64,000 nucleotides of DNA from a virus (taxonomy: Duplodnaviria; Caudoviricetes), in the IMG/VR virus record IMGVR_UViG_3300033062_001341, positions 16,898 through 80,897 of that record. One strand, 5' to 3'. Positions 1 to 9,791 of this stretch are shown here, in pieces. A program made the translations under genes and the position numbers. A model generated the notes under the pieces. The model saw nothing but the letters and a program-made list of their open reading frames with translations. It was not told the DNA's origin and searched no databases. Position 1 is the first letter of the stretch. Each line of letters opens with the position of its first letter.

Positions 1-2
1 TC

Positions 3-911
3 AGAATCTTGTTGAATGGTTTGTCTTATTGCCAAAATTTGTCCGGGTCCCGCAACCAAAGAACACAGATTACCCATATTATCTCTCGGTTTACAATTTC
101 TTCTGACTCTAAAGGAATCCGCTGTTGAATATATTGAACCCATAAATGTGGACGTAGGCTGAATATCGATATTAGCATCGTTTCTTAAATCAAAATCAAT
201 TCTATTAATTGCAATTTGACATATATCAGGGTCACCCCACAAAGGAGATATCTCAGCATTTGTTGTTAAATTAACAATCTGTGGTAATGAATTAAGGTCT
301 GTGGATGTTCTAAATTGATTTCCAGCAACTTGTGCTTCAGTTGCTCTACCCATTCTAATTAAGTCCTGAGGTGTTAATGAAAACTCACCGATATCAGACA
401 AGTCAACATCCATTACGATAGTTTGACTACCTAATGGAACACCCATAATCATGTAATCACCACTTTCATTTGTTCTAGCAGTAAGTCTATAGTATTTGTC
501 GTAGATTTCAACTGCAGTTCCCCCTGTTAATGCATCTGTTCTTGATGGTAAAGTACCTGTGGCAGCGTGTTTTGAGTATGATTTTTCGTATGGTAATAAA
601 TTATATCTATATCCATCACTATTTATATCCGTAATCGATTTATACGGGTAGATACTTTGGATAATTGGGTTTGATTCGTCAATACTTTCGATTGGAATGA
701 AAATAGAAACTCTTGCATTTGGAAGACCAAAACCATTGTTAGCACTAACCCTTCCCACTATAACACCATAATCAGCACAGCTTCTTGTATAGATATCAGA
801 CTGTTGTATCTTTATCGAAAGTATTTCAAGAAATTCAAATTCTTGGTCTAACTGAAGATTGATTGTTTTATTGACCCCGACCTCTGTTGGTATTCTATAT
901 GATTGACCCAT
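3..911 (-). CDS. Probable baseplate/tail structural protein with carboxypeptidase-regulatory-like beta-sandwich (partial, runs off left edge)
   Basis: Not in ORF track. ATG at 911 gives MGQSYRIPTEVG..., open to the window edge; segments YGVIVGRVSANNGFGLPNARVSIF and TARTNESGDYMIMGVPLG resemble CarboxypepD_reg-type folds; lies downstream of wedge genes. Confidence 0.55.
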   Translation of the reverse strand, partial: MGQSYRIPTEVGVNKTINLQLDQEFEFLEILSIKIQQSDIYTRSCADYGVIVGRVSANNGFGLPNARVSIFIPIESIDESNPIIQSIYPYKSITDINSDGYRYNLLPYEKSYSKHAATGTLPSRTDALTGGTAVEIYDKYYRLTARTNESGDYMIMGVPLGSQTIVMDVDLSDIGEFSLTPQDLIRMGRATEAQVAGNQFRTSTDLNSLPQIVNLTTNAEISPLWGDPDICQIAINRIDFDLRNDANIDIQPTSTFMGSIYSTADSFRVRRNCKPRDNMGNLCSLVAGPGQILAIRQTIQQDS

Positions 912-1000
912 TAAATGGTTTTAACTATAAATAGTTTATGCGGTATTTTATCAAGAAAATACACCACATTAATTATAGTTCAAAGAAGGTAAAAATAAAC

Positions 1001-2839
1001 TTATGAGAACGTAACGGATTGGAAGTTCTTAACAGATACTCTAATATCCTTATTAGGATATCTAATTTGATAAACCTGTGAAGGTTGTGCAAAGATTGTA
1101 TCGTCAACTGGTCTGATTAATTTTGTTTCAGGGTCAGCATAAACCATCGAGGTTTCTGCGGATGAATATTGTCCCCCAACTTCATTATAAATATCAAGAC
1201 CTGCAACTGTTAACACTCCATTTAGATTTTGAATAATGCTTCTGATTTCGGATAGATAGATATTCTGACCAAGTTGTCTTGTTTGAGGATTGAAGTATGT
1301 TGATACTGCATCGATAACAGACGAAATAATTTGACCTGAGTTTTGAGCCGCGTCTAAAACAATTGAAACATCAACACTTACATCAATTACTTCAGCGGTA
1401 AATATTGAAATGTAATCGTTCATCATTCTATAGTTAGATAGATAATTTGCAATATTTTGTTTCAAGGTATTAGATACAATATTCGTTAATTTTCCCGAAG
1501 TATCGTATGATAATATTTGAATCATTATTTTATTATCGTTTTCAGTAATAGATACTTTTGCAGGTGCTCCGAACTGAGCTGGCATGTTTCTAATAATCGA
1601 TTCGTAATCTTGGACTGTCACAGCTCTCTTTTGTGCTGAGAAGTTGAATGATACGTAGTTTCTAATTTCTTCAATTGTTGGTACACCTGCTCCACCAATA
1701 GCTGCCGTTACGTTATTACATCTCAAAGAATTAATCACCGATGAGTTAGTTGCCTCTGAAGGTCCGTTAACAAAGAATGATACAGTACCAATTTGATTGA
1801 TTACGTTCGTACCTAAGTTGGTTTGTAATCCACCTCCAACTCTATACTGAATAAACAGTGTTGAGTTTGGTGATAACGCAGCCCCTAATGAAACGTTATT
1901 AGAATATCTCTGAAGTTCTAATGTTGTTCCTAAAGTAGTGAATTGGTCTAAAGCATCTTGAGCGGTATTTGTTCCACCACCAAATGTCATTTTCTTAAAT
2001 CCTTCTGCGGTAAATTCACTGATAAATCTATCTTGTGTTTGGATATATCTACCAACTTTAATACCAGGCTGGTCTGAAACTTTTGTTGGGTCTTCAATAA
2101 AAACTCTATCTTCCGCTAAAGCATCTACCTCGTACCATCTGTTAGTCACCCCCAAAAATTCAGCTGATGTCGGTACGTTCGTGTATTCGGTTCCGTCTTT
2201 TAATAGAACACTCGTGATACCTAAAACATTCTTTTCAGGTAAAAATAATTCAAAGAATGGTTTTACGTCATTTGGTGTGATAACTCTTTTGAACACTTTG
2301 GTAATACCATTAACAACAACCTCTCTTTTTGTGATTGTGTAATTTACTAATATACCATTGGCGTTGAAGTTGGGAATCTTTAATCTGTTAGGGAAACCTT
2401 GAGCGTTATATGGTGATGTAAAATCAATATCATATTGGTTTTCGAAAACCAATCCAGCACCAATAACTTGAGACCCTCTCAACAAAGTACCAAGATATCT
2501 CTCATCCTCTTTATCACCAAATGCGGGTACTGTAATTGAGAAATCAACCAAAGAAACTGAAGGTCTTTGACCCGGTAACTTTAGACCGTATGTTCTGGCA
2601 ATGTTATAAATTGACGACTTTTGTTGAGCATACTGAAGAACTGTCTCTTGTATACTTCTATCAATGTGATAGTGTAAATTATCTGCAACAGCGGCATTCA
2701 AATCTAAGAACACTGAGAAAACTGAAGCGTCATTAAAATCCTGAATTAAGTCAGGATAGTAAGTTCTAACATAGTTTAACAGTTCGGTTCTTATTCCTTC
2801 GAAGTCTCGGGTTGTGTATGATATCTTACGATTAGCCAT
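1001..2839 (-). CDS. Baseplate wedge protein (T4 gp6 / P2 gpJ-like)
   Basis: N-terminal YTTRDFEGIRTEL, YRVGGG, AAIGGAG, RAVTVQDYE motifs typical of gp6/baseplate J; adjacent to gp25-like gene. Confidence 0.85.
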   Translation of the reverse strand: MANRKISYTTRDFEGIRTELLNYVRTYYPDLIQDFNDASVFSVFLDLNAAVADNLHYHIDRSIQETVLQYAQQKSSIYNIARTYGLKLPGQRPSVSLVDFSITVPAFGDKEDERYLGTLLRGSQVIGAGLVFENQYDIDFTSPYNAQGFPNRLKIPNFNANGILVNYTITKREVVVNGITKVFKRVITPNDVKPFFELFLPEKNVLGITSVLLKDGTEYTNVPTSAEFLGVTNRWYEVDALAEDRVFIEDPTKVSDQPGIKVGRYIQTQDRFISEFTAEGFKKMTFGGGTNTAQDALDQFTTLGTTLELQRYSNNVSLGAALSPNSTLFIQYRVGGGLQTNLGTNVINQIGTVSFFVNGPSEATNSSVINSLRCNNVTAAIGGAGVPTIEEIRNYVSFNFSAQKRAVTVQDYESIIRNMPAQFGAPAKVSITENDNKIMIQILSYDTSGKLTNIVSNTLKQNIANYLSNYRMMNDYISIFTAEVIDVSVDVSIVLDAAQNSGQIISSVIDAVSTYFNPQTRQLGQNIYLSEIRSIIQNLNGVLTVAGLDIYNEVGGQYSSAETSMVYADPETKLIRPVDDTIFAQPSQVYQIRYPNKDIRVSVKNFQSVTFS

Positions 2840-2844
2840 CTATC

Positions 2845-3315
2845 TTAAATATTGATAATTAGAAAATCACTCTGAGAAAACGTTTGGGCATTAACTGAGT
2901 AATCTATTTTTATTTTTGCAGTATATTCTGATGTTCCTTTACCGGGGAATCTGTATATTGAAGATTCACTAGTCCCAACAAAATTTTGACCCGTCGCAAT
3001 ATCAACTTCTTCTTGTGGGTCAGCCGGTGTAATTGTTATATTATTGAGTAATAGATTCGGCATAAAATTTTCAACTGCATCTCTAATATCTGATTCAATA
3101 GCATTAAAAGTAAGTCCATCAAATGGTTCAAAAAGAAATTCATACAATCTTGTACCAAATGTTGGTAAATAATATCTTGAACCCTTTCTAGTTAAAAGAA
3201 GATGTAATAGACTTGACTTAATTGCATCCCTTTGAAATTCGGTTAATCTTAAGTAATCTCCTCTTAGTGAATCCGCGAATGGAAATTCAAGACCATATGT
3301 TATACCATTTGCCAT
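2845..3315 (-). CDS. Baseplate wedge subunit / sheath initiator (T4 gp25 / GPW-like)
   Basis: IKSSLLHLLLTRKGSRYYLPTFGTRLYEFLFEP matches the gp25 family; start trimmed to MANGITYG (ATG 3315), just after a TATTTAT motif. Confidence 0.85.
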   Translation of the reverse strand: MANGITYGLEFPFADSLRGDYLRLTEFQRDAIKSSLLHLLLTRKGSRYYLPTFGTRLYEFLFEPFDGLTFNAIESDIRDAVENFMPNLLLNNITITPADPQEEVDIATGQNFVGTSESSIYRFPGKGTSEYTAKIKIDYSVNAQTFSQSDFLIINI

Positions 3316-3335
3316 ATCACATAAATATACATGGA

Positions 3336-3548
3336 TTAATTTTTTCTTAAAGAGATACTTCCTCTTGTGTGTTTGGGGTCGTAAGGACAATGTCTACAAT
3401 AATTACCACAACATGAACCTCTTCTTATGTGAAATTGTGCAGTAAATATAAGTCTGTCACCTTCCATGTAATAATCAGAAGGGAGGAGTTTTTTTGACTC
3501 CTCCCTCTTATTATTATCTATTTCCGTGGATTGAACTATAGATTCCAT
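3336..3548 (-). CDS. Small Cys-rich protein, DUF5522-like
   Basis: DYYMEGDRLIFTAQFHIRRGSCCGNYCRHCPY resembles the DUF5522 signature. Confidence 0.65.
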   Translation of the reverse strand: MESIVQSTEIDNNKREESKKLLPSDYYMEGDRLIFTAQFHIRRGSCCGNYCRHCPYDPKHTRGSISLRKN

Positions 3549-3582
3549 TAATAATATTTTGAACTAAATTATCGTGTACCAT

Positions 3583-5439
3583 TTATTTAATTTCGCAAGC
3601 ACCCCCCGCACATGCTAGTTCACCACTTAAATCTGTATCATCGTGCATTTCAACGATTTGAGATAAATCAACATCGTGAAGAGACTTCATCAAATCATCA
3701 TATTTTTCTTTGGTACAATCTTCAAACGGTGCTTGAATATAACTACCTCCGTCATATGGTAAACAAGATAAACCATTATAGTATTCTTTGTTATCCCACA
3801 TCCACTCACCAACTGCTGGCCACTCATGTTCTCTAATTGAGATAGTTGCCGATACGTTATGTGCATTGTTTCCATTTCTATGTCCTGGTTTAATCCACTC
3901 TTGTTGAACTTTTTTCACCCTCTCCAACAATTGGATTGGTGATTCGTTTCTTAAGATTGACCCCTCAGGTGCTTTTTGTGGAATTCCAATAACCGCTGTG
4001 TCGTGTGGTCTGAAGTATTCATCTTCAACTAATTCAGGATGATTAATCTTCAAGTGTGAATAAATTGCTTCGTTCTTTCCAACTCTAACTCTTCTAATAT
4101 AATAATCATTGTGCCAAGCGTGAATACCTGAAGATGTTCCTAATGTTAAGGATGTTGTTCCCGCAGGTTTAACAGTTGTTGTTCTTGCAGAAGGATTAAT
4201 TTTTATTAACTCAGCAACTATTTTGTTTTCTTCTTTTACAACTTTAGCCGCCGCTTTCATATTCAAACCTAAAACCGCCCCTGAACCGATACCTGTCATT
4301 GAAATTCCAATTAACGCATCTTTTTCAGTTGTTCTTTGCCAAATTGGTCTTAAGTAGTGGAAGTTAGTATATCCCGCTTGTAATGTACCAATGAATGATG
4401 CCGCTCTAACTCTAGTCTCATAATCTTCTTGTGAAGCAACGTTAGATACGTTAACCTCCGTAAGATTACAGAATTGAAATGGTCTTAATGCGATTTCACA
4501 ACAAGGGTTAGTTCCCCAATCTTTATCATTACTTAAGTAGATACCAGGTTCACCAGCTCCACTCGCTTCGATTCTCTTCCATAAATCCATGAAATAATCT
4601 TTGGTGATTTTGTGTCTCATCAAAACTGCAGAGTTATTAGCTCTACCTCTTTGTGGATTTTTTTCCCACCACGCTCCACTTTTACAACCAATCATTTCTT
4701 CATCAGTCGCTGAAAATAATGAGATAAGAGCCGCTCTTCTGATACCACCAGCTAACACCGCATCTGCAATATGACAAACGATATCATGAACTTCAATTGG
4801 TTTTAATTTTTCACCATTGTGTTTTGAATCTAAGATTCCTTCAACTTTAATTAAACATTCTTTTAGTGGTTGAGGACCAGGGGCTTTACCACCTGAAGTG
4901 ATAAGTCTTGCACCTTTTGGTCTGATGTCACTAAAATCAAATTCAATTTTAGAACCACCGAAGAAGTATGATTTAACCAACACTTTTACTGCGTCAGCCC
5001 ATCCTTCGATTGAATCAGCAACTAACCATCTTCTACCTCTTTCTTTATTCGGTTTTCTAATTTCAGGTAAAACATCAACGTGATGTTTTTGTACTGAATA
5101 ACCAACTCCTGTTCCACCTAATAATAAGAACATAATTTCTGAAAATACTCTCCAATCATCAATCGGGGCAAATGCACAGTTATAAATTCTGTTTGGTGAA
5201 ATCTCGATAGGTTTTCCTGCAAATTGCATTGACCTCATTGATGGAAGAACCTCTTTGTTATAAACAAACTTGTAGTTCTCTCTGATTTCATTCTCTAATT
5301 GTGGATACTGCTTAATATGCATCTCCATGTTTCTTGTCACCAACTCGTGCCAAGTTTCTCTTCTTTTTAACTCAGGGATATACTTCGCGTATTTCATATA
5401 CACTGTAATATCCGATAAAATCCTGTTTGAAATGTCCAT
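3583..5439 (-). CDS. nrdJ: Class II (adenosylcobalamin-dependent) ribonucleotide reductase, monomeric RTPR-like
   Basis: PSMRSMQFAG, NCAF, GGIRRAALI, GTNPCCEI (NxCxE), TTVKPAGT, C-terminal CAGGAC; start trimmed to MDISNRILS (ATG 5439). Confidence 0.92.
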   Translation of the reverse strand: MDISNRILSDITVYMKYAKYIPELKRRETWHELVTRNMEMHIKQYPQLENEIRENYKFVYNKEVLPSMRSMQFAGKPIEISPNRIYNCAFAPIDDWRVFSEIMFLLLGGTGVGYSVQKHHVDVLPEIRKPNKERGRRWLVADSIEGWADAVKVLVKSYFFGGSKIEFDFSDIRPKGARLITSGGKAPGPQPLKECLIKVEGILDSKHNGEKLKPIEVHDIVCHIADAVLAGGIRRAALISLFSATDEEMIGCKSGAWWEKNPQRGRANNSAVLMRHKITKDYFMDLWKRIEASGAGEPGIYLSNDKDWGTNPCCEIALRPFQFCNLTEVNVSNVASQEDYETRVRAASFIGTLQAGYTNFHYLRPIWQRTTEKDALIGISMTGIGSGAVLGLNMKAAAKVVKEENKIVAELIKINPSARTTTVKPAGTTSLTLGTSSGIHAWHNDYYIRRVRVGKNEAIYSHLKINHPELVEDEYFRPHDTAVIGIPQKAPEGSILRNESPIQLLERVKKVQQEWIKPGHRNGNNAHNVSATISIREHEWPAVGEWMWDNKEYYNGLSCLPYDGGSYIQAPFEDCTKEKYDDLMKSLHDVDLSQIVEMHDDTDLSGELACAGGACEIK

Positions 5440-5572
5440 TTTGTAAATTTTAAGGTGTAGATATTTTATTAAAAAATCAACGATTTTTATGATAAATATG
5501 TGTTCGAATACCAATCGACCAGCAAATTTAATAAAAAAAAATAAGTTTTTTGTGAAAAAAGTGTATATTTAA

Positions 5573-6955
5573 TTAAATGGATTTTTGCTGAGCTTCTCTT
5601 TCTTTTCTTTTCTCGAGAAGTTCTTTGACTCTGTCCCTTTTTCTTTCCTCTTGTTGTCCCTCAAAACCTAAGAATGTAACTGAGGATTCTGTATCTATTT
5701 CAAGAAGTTCATTGTTAAACTTGCAATTTTCGAAGACAACTCCATCTTTACCAAGACGTGATTTTGTGATGGCTATCGTTGCTAAATTCATTTCTTTTTG
5801 TTGTAATGACTTAGCCACAGTAATGATTACGTGTCCTACTTGAGCCTTTTTGATTGAACCACCCATTTGGTCTGTAGTAACAACCTCAGATGAGATTGAG
5901 CTTCTATTACCTTGAGTTGCTGTCCATCCAGCAAGATTCAACTCGTGACACATACCTTCAAAGCCTCTCATTACAGAACCTTCAGCTTTCCACTCATCCT
6001 TAGCACTTGATTCAGGGAGAACACAATCAATATAATCCAATAGAATCATATCAATCTTTGTACCATCAGCAATAATTTTTCTAACTTGATTCTTGATTTG
6101 ATTCATAGTCATACTGTCAGAAGCCAACTTCTTCAAGATTAACTCATTCTTCATCGTCTCTTTAATCTCAGTTATCTTACTCATTACAACGTCTTTATGA
6201 AGAACCAAATTATCTGGTTCAATCCCTGTCCACATTGTAAAATGTTTTCTTTGAATAATCTTTGGGTTGTCCTCAAAAAATATTTGAAGAACGTTATAAC
6301 CCATATTAAATGCTGTGTTAGCAATCTTACATAAAACTGTGGTTTTACCAACCCCCGTAGGAGCCAATATAACCCCAATCTCACCCTTTGCAAGTCCACC
6401 CTTAAGTAGTTTGTCAATTCCACTGATACCCATTGGAATAGGGTGTCTGTAGTCTTCGTCGAGAACTGTGTCCAAGTTATCGAAAACATCTGTCTGACCT
6501 TTCTCAACTTCACCTACTTGTAGTGCCTCTCTGATAAGACCTTCCACCTTGTCGTAAGATTCAAAGTCACCTTCAGTAATAATCTTTTGTGATTTGTCCA
6601 TCGCCTTCTGTAACTCTTGTTGTTTACAGAATTTTAATGCCTTCTCTTGAACAAAAGATGTTCCCTCAAACGGAGCATCTTTTACTTGTTTAAGTGTATC
6701 CAAAACAATCTTGGCAACAAGTTCTTGGGGTATTTCGGATTTCACAATCTGCTCTAGGGTATCAAAAGTAGGTGTCGACTCATACTTTATATGATACTCT
6801 TTAATCATCTGTATAATGATTTTAAAATACTTGTTGTCGAAGTATGAACTCTCGATAACATCCATAATTGAATGTGAAAAATCCTTATCGACAACTATTT
6901 GGTTGAGTAATTGTATCTGAAATGTATTCCCTAAATAATCAAAATTCTTGTTCAT
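5573..6955 (-). CDS. Replicative DnaB-like helicase (T4 gp41-like)
   Basis: Walker A APTGVGKT, Walker B ILLDYID, TATQGNR, ITKSRLG. Confidence 0.9.
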   Translation of the reverse strand: MNKNFDYLGNTFQIQLLNQIVVDKDFSHSIMDVIESSYFDNKYFKIIIQMIKEYHIKYESTPTFDTLEQIVKSEIPQELVAKIVLDTLKQVKDAPFEGTSFVQEKALKFCKQQELQKAMDKSQKIITEGDFESYDKVEGLIREALQVGEVEKGQTDVFDNLDTVLDEDYRHPIPMGISGIDKLLKGGLAKGEIGVILAPTGVGKTTVLCKIANTAFNMGYNVLQIFFEDNPKIIQRKHFTMWTGIEPDNLVLHKDVVMSKITEIKETMKNELILKKLASDSMTMNQIKNQVRKIIADGTKIDMILLDYIDCVLPESSAKDEWKAEGSVMRGFEGMCHELNLAGWTATQGNRSSISSEVVTTDQMGGSIKKAQVGHVIITVAKSLQQKEMNLATIAITKSRLGKDGVVFENCKFNNELLEIDTESSVTFLGFEGQQEERKRDRVKELLEKRKEREAQQKSI

Positions 6956-6992
6956 AATTGTTTTAAAATGTCCCCCCTCTATTATTAAATAC

Positions 6993-7445
6993 TTACTTAC
7001 TCAAGTCGAAATCCAAATATTGGTAAGATAATTTGTTGTTTGAAAAAATGTCAGTTAATTCTCTTAACACATCTTTCAAAAATGGTCGTACGTCTACCGT
7101 ATAACGAACTTTCGGCGGAAATAATTTTCCATCAAATTGTCTATGACAAATTGTCTGTTCTCCAACTTTCACAAAAAGGTTAAATACTTCAGGACCATCT
7201 GTGAATGATGTATCCATAACTTTAGGGTCATGACTGATTGCATCTCTGTTGTCCATCATGTAAACAACTGTTTTCATCTTAAGATAATACTGTAACTCTT
7301 CTTTCAGAGCTTTGATGTACTCATACAAGTCCACCGAGTTCTTCGCCTTAGGGTTAAAACCTCTAACGTTGAAGAATCTTTGTACAACAATGTTGTCATT
7401 CAAAGTCAAAAGGAATTCCATTTTGGTGCTGTCCATTTCTTTCAT
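6993..7445 (-). CDS. Hypothetical protein in replication block
   Basis: 150 aa ORF tightly packed between exonuclease and helicase. Confidence 0.6.
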   Translation of the reverse strand: MKEMDSTKMEFLLTLNDNIVVQRFFNVRGFNPKAKNSVDLYEYIKALKEELQYYLKMKTVVYMMDNRDAISHDPKVMDTSFTDGPEVFNLFVKVGEQTICHRQFDGKLFPPKVRYTVDVRPFLKDVLRELTDIFSNNKLSYQYLDFDLSK

Positions 7446-7450
7446 TGCGT

Positions 7451-8446
7451 TTAATTTTTGTTTGTGTTCCGTTTTTCTTTTCTTATTAATTTTGTAAATG
7501 GTGTGAGAAAGTTAACCCAAGCCTCATCATCTTTTGGGAGGTACTTGAATAACCCATCTTCCATCATCATTCTCATTAGATTTTTATATCCCCTGTCAGT
7601 GGGGTCAATTGTATCAGTATAAATTTGTTCTACTAAGGTCTTCCCATCATCCGTGATTAGTGGGTTTGAAAGGTCTACAATTTGTTTGTTTGTGTTATAA
7701 AACTCTTCTCCAAGAATAGTTGATTTTGTCTTGCCTGTCAAAATATTTGATAAAGTTTTAATAGGTTTTTTTTGCGGGATATTTCGTGCAATATCGAGTA
7801 ATTCTTCGATAGTGCATGGTTTTTCCTGCACTTGTGGGAAGTATTTTATTAAAGTTTTTTCACCAAGACCTTCAATTCCATCTATGTTATCTGATTTGTC
7901 ACCTGTAAAGATTTTACATAACAATACGTTATAATGAGGTATCTCTACTTTATTTATGATAATGTTATCTCCGTTCTTGAAGTATTGTTTAGATACGGGT
8001 GAATAGATACTAATATTCTCGTTAATTAACTGAGTTAAGTCCTTATCAGCAGAAAAAACAATAATCTGTTCTTCAACAGCAACTTTACAATAATAAGCAA
8101 TAAGGTCATCTGCCTCATTATTTATCATTTCAACTTGTCTTATGAAAATCTCTTCAAGGTATTCTTTAATTCTTGATTGTTGATTAAGATATGATTGGTA
8201 CTTGTCCTCGTTCATATCTTGGCGTCTGTTAGCCTTATATTGTGGGTAGATTGATTTACGGATAGAAGAATTGGAATCCCAAAATACAACCACTTTATCG
8301 TGGTCATGTTCTTCTAAGAATCTTCTAAGAATGTTTATAAAGTGATAGATTCCACCTAAATGGTCCCCATCACTGTATAAATCTCTGACTCCGTGAAATC
8401 CTATTTTAAATAAATTGTTTCCGTCTACTAAAAGTGTTTTAATCAC
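7451..8446 (-). CDS. 5'-3' exonuclease / flap endonuclease (T4 RNase H / PolI N-domain-like)
   Basis: LLVDGNN, YKANR, EADDLIA, SADKDLTQL, GDKSDNIDGIEGLGEKT; GTG start. Confidence 0.92.
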   Translation of the reverse strand: MIKTLLVDGNNLFKIGFHGVRDLYSDGDHLGGIYHFINILRRFLEEHDHDKVVVFWDSNSSIRKSIYPQYKANRRQDMNEDKYQSYLNQQSRIKEYLEEIFIRQVEMINNEADDLIAYYCKVAVEEQIIVFSADKDLTQLINENISIYSPVSKQYFKNGDNIIINKVEIPHYNVLLCKIFTGDKSDNIDGIEGLGEKTLIKYFPQVQEKPCTIEELLDIARNIPQKKPIKTLSNILTGKTKSTILGEEFYNTNKQIVDLSNPLITDDGKTLVEQIYTDTIDPTDRGYKNLMRMMMEDGLFKYLPKDDEAWVNFLTPFTKLIRKEKRNTNKN

Positions 8447-8476
8447 TTTGTTAAATTAGAGGTGATAAAAATTGTT

Positions 8477-9463
8477 TTACTCGCTGATATCATCAGTTGT
8501 TTCTTCTAAAGTTAACTCACCTGTTCCTGACAAGATACCGTTCCAATACTGTGAGTATTCTTTTTTGTATGCCTCCAAAGCCTCTTTGGTATCTTCGATA
8601 TAACCTTGTGGTACTGCAATCAACTTACCGTCATTGTAACCCAAACCATTAACGTGGTTCTTCAAGATTGAAATCTTAGTTCTGATAGCGTATCTTACAG
8701 TTCTTCCACCTTTGGTTGCAGTGATGTGGTTAATACCAGCACTTGCTTGGTTACCAAAAAGGAATACCAATGATGACGCTAACCATAGAGCCTCTCCACC
8801 TTTTGCCTTAATTGTTGGTTGACCAAACGGATTGTCAGGAAGAGCAACCCAAGGTTGATTTACAACCACTAAAGTATTGTAGTAAGCATAGTCTTCTTTC
8901 TTTGATTTAGAAATTCTTGAGTGAACTCCCATACCAATCTTGTCAGCAAGTGTTGCCGCATTATGTTGTTTACCACCCTTACCATCGAAAGTCATCTTAC
9001 AAGGAATTGAACCTACTGAATCCCAAAGGAATAAAATAGATTGTTGTATTTCACCTTTCTCTTGAGCATCTAACACTTCATTAATAAACTCAGTTACTTG
9101 TTCAATATAATCAAAACTATCATTAAAGATAAAGTCACCATCCCACTCACCTTCAGAGTTCTTCTTGGCATCCAAACCTAATTCAACAGCATGTTCCCAA
9201 CTCCATTTCTTTTCAGTAATGATAAAGACAGGTAAGTGTCCTTTCTTTTGAGCATCAGCCGCAGCTAATATCATAGCAGTTGTCTTAGAACTATTACTAT
9301 GTCCTAAGAACATATTAATACCTCCCATAACAGGGCCTGGTAGTCCACTAGCATTTAGGAAAGCTTCTCCACAAAAGTAGTAAGCTGTTTCTTTATACTT
9401 TGTTTTGGTTGAGAACTTATCTTTAAATCCTCCACCACCTTCTTTTTTCTTAATTGCCGCCAT
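8477..9463 (-). CDS. uvsX: RecA/UvsX-like recombinase
   Basis: P-loop GHSNSSKT, Walker B LWDSVG, VVVNQ, KGGEALWLASS resemble RecA motifs. Confidence 0.8.
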   Translation of the reverse strand: MAAIKKKEGGGGFKDKFSTKTKYKETAYYFCGEAFLNASGLPGPVMGGINMFLGHSNSSKTTAMILAAADAQKKGHLPVFIITEKKWSWEHAVELGLDAKKNSEGEWDGDFIFNDSFDYIEQVTEFINEVLDAQEKGEIQQSILFLWDSVGSIPCKMTFDGKGGKQHNAATLADKIGMGVHSRISKSKKEDYAYYNTLVVVNQPWVALPDNPFGQPTIKAKGGEALWLASSLVFLFGNQASAGINHITATKGGRTVRYAIRTKISILKNHVNGLGYNDGKLIAVPQGYIEDTKEALEAYKKEYSQYWNGILSGTGELTLEETTDDISE

Positions 9464-9746
9464 TTTTTTTTCTTTTAATGTTTGGTAATTTACTTTCTTT
9501 TAGTGTAATATAGAATGAATCATCTTCTTCATATAGTACACCAATCTCTTCTTTGTGGAATGTTACTAAAGTAAAATATGATTCCCCTTCCTCATTTTCA
9601 CGTTTCAACATACCGAATAAAATTGTATCACCAATTTGTTTACCTCTACCTGAAAAGTAATTCTTGTGTTCTAACTCACTTAATAACTCATAAGACAATA
9701 CTCTATTGTCTCTTAGTTGTAAATCGATTTCTTCTTTAAATGTCAT
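9450..9746 (-). CDS. Hypothetical protein
   Basis: Start trimmed to MTFKEEIDLQ; overlaps the uvsX start. Confidence 0.5.
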   Translation of the reverse strand: MTFKEEIDLQLRDNRVLSYELLSELEHKNYFSGRGKQIGDTILFGMLKRENEEGESYFTLVTFHKEEIGVLYEEDDSFYITLKESKLPNIKRKKNGGN

Positions 9747-9756
9747 ATAATAAATT

Positions 9757-9784
9757 AAAAAAGGGTGGAGTATTACCTCCACCC
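9757..9784 (-). terminator. Intrinsic terminator after SSB gene
   Basis: 8-bp stem GGGTGGAG/CTCCACCC (9763-9770, 9777-9784) followed on the - strand by a T6 tract. Confidence 0.75.
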
Positions 9785-9791
9785 GTATAAA

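Noticed and set aside
982-993. AAAGAAGGTAAA also found near 42936-42947 and ~55292
   Set aside because: Inconsistent orientation and context, including one coding copy; likely chance in AT-rich DNA
9270-9304. Non-canonical Walker A GHSNSSKT in the recombinase as a sign of inactivity
   Set aside because: T4 UvsX also lacks the second Gly (GPSKSFKS), so this is not unusual for the family
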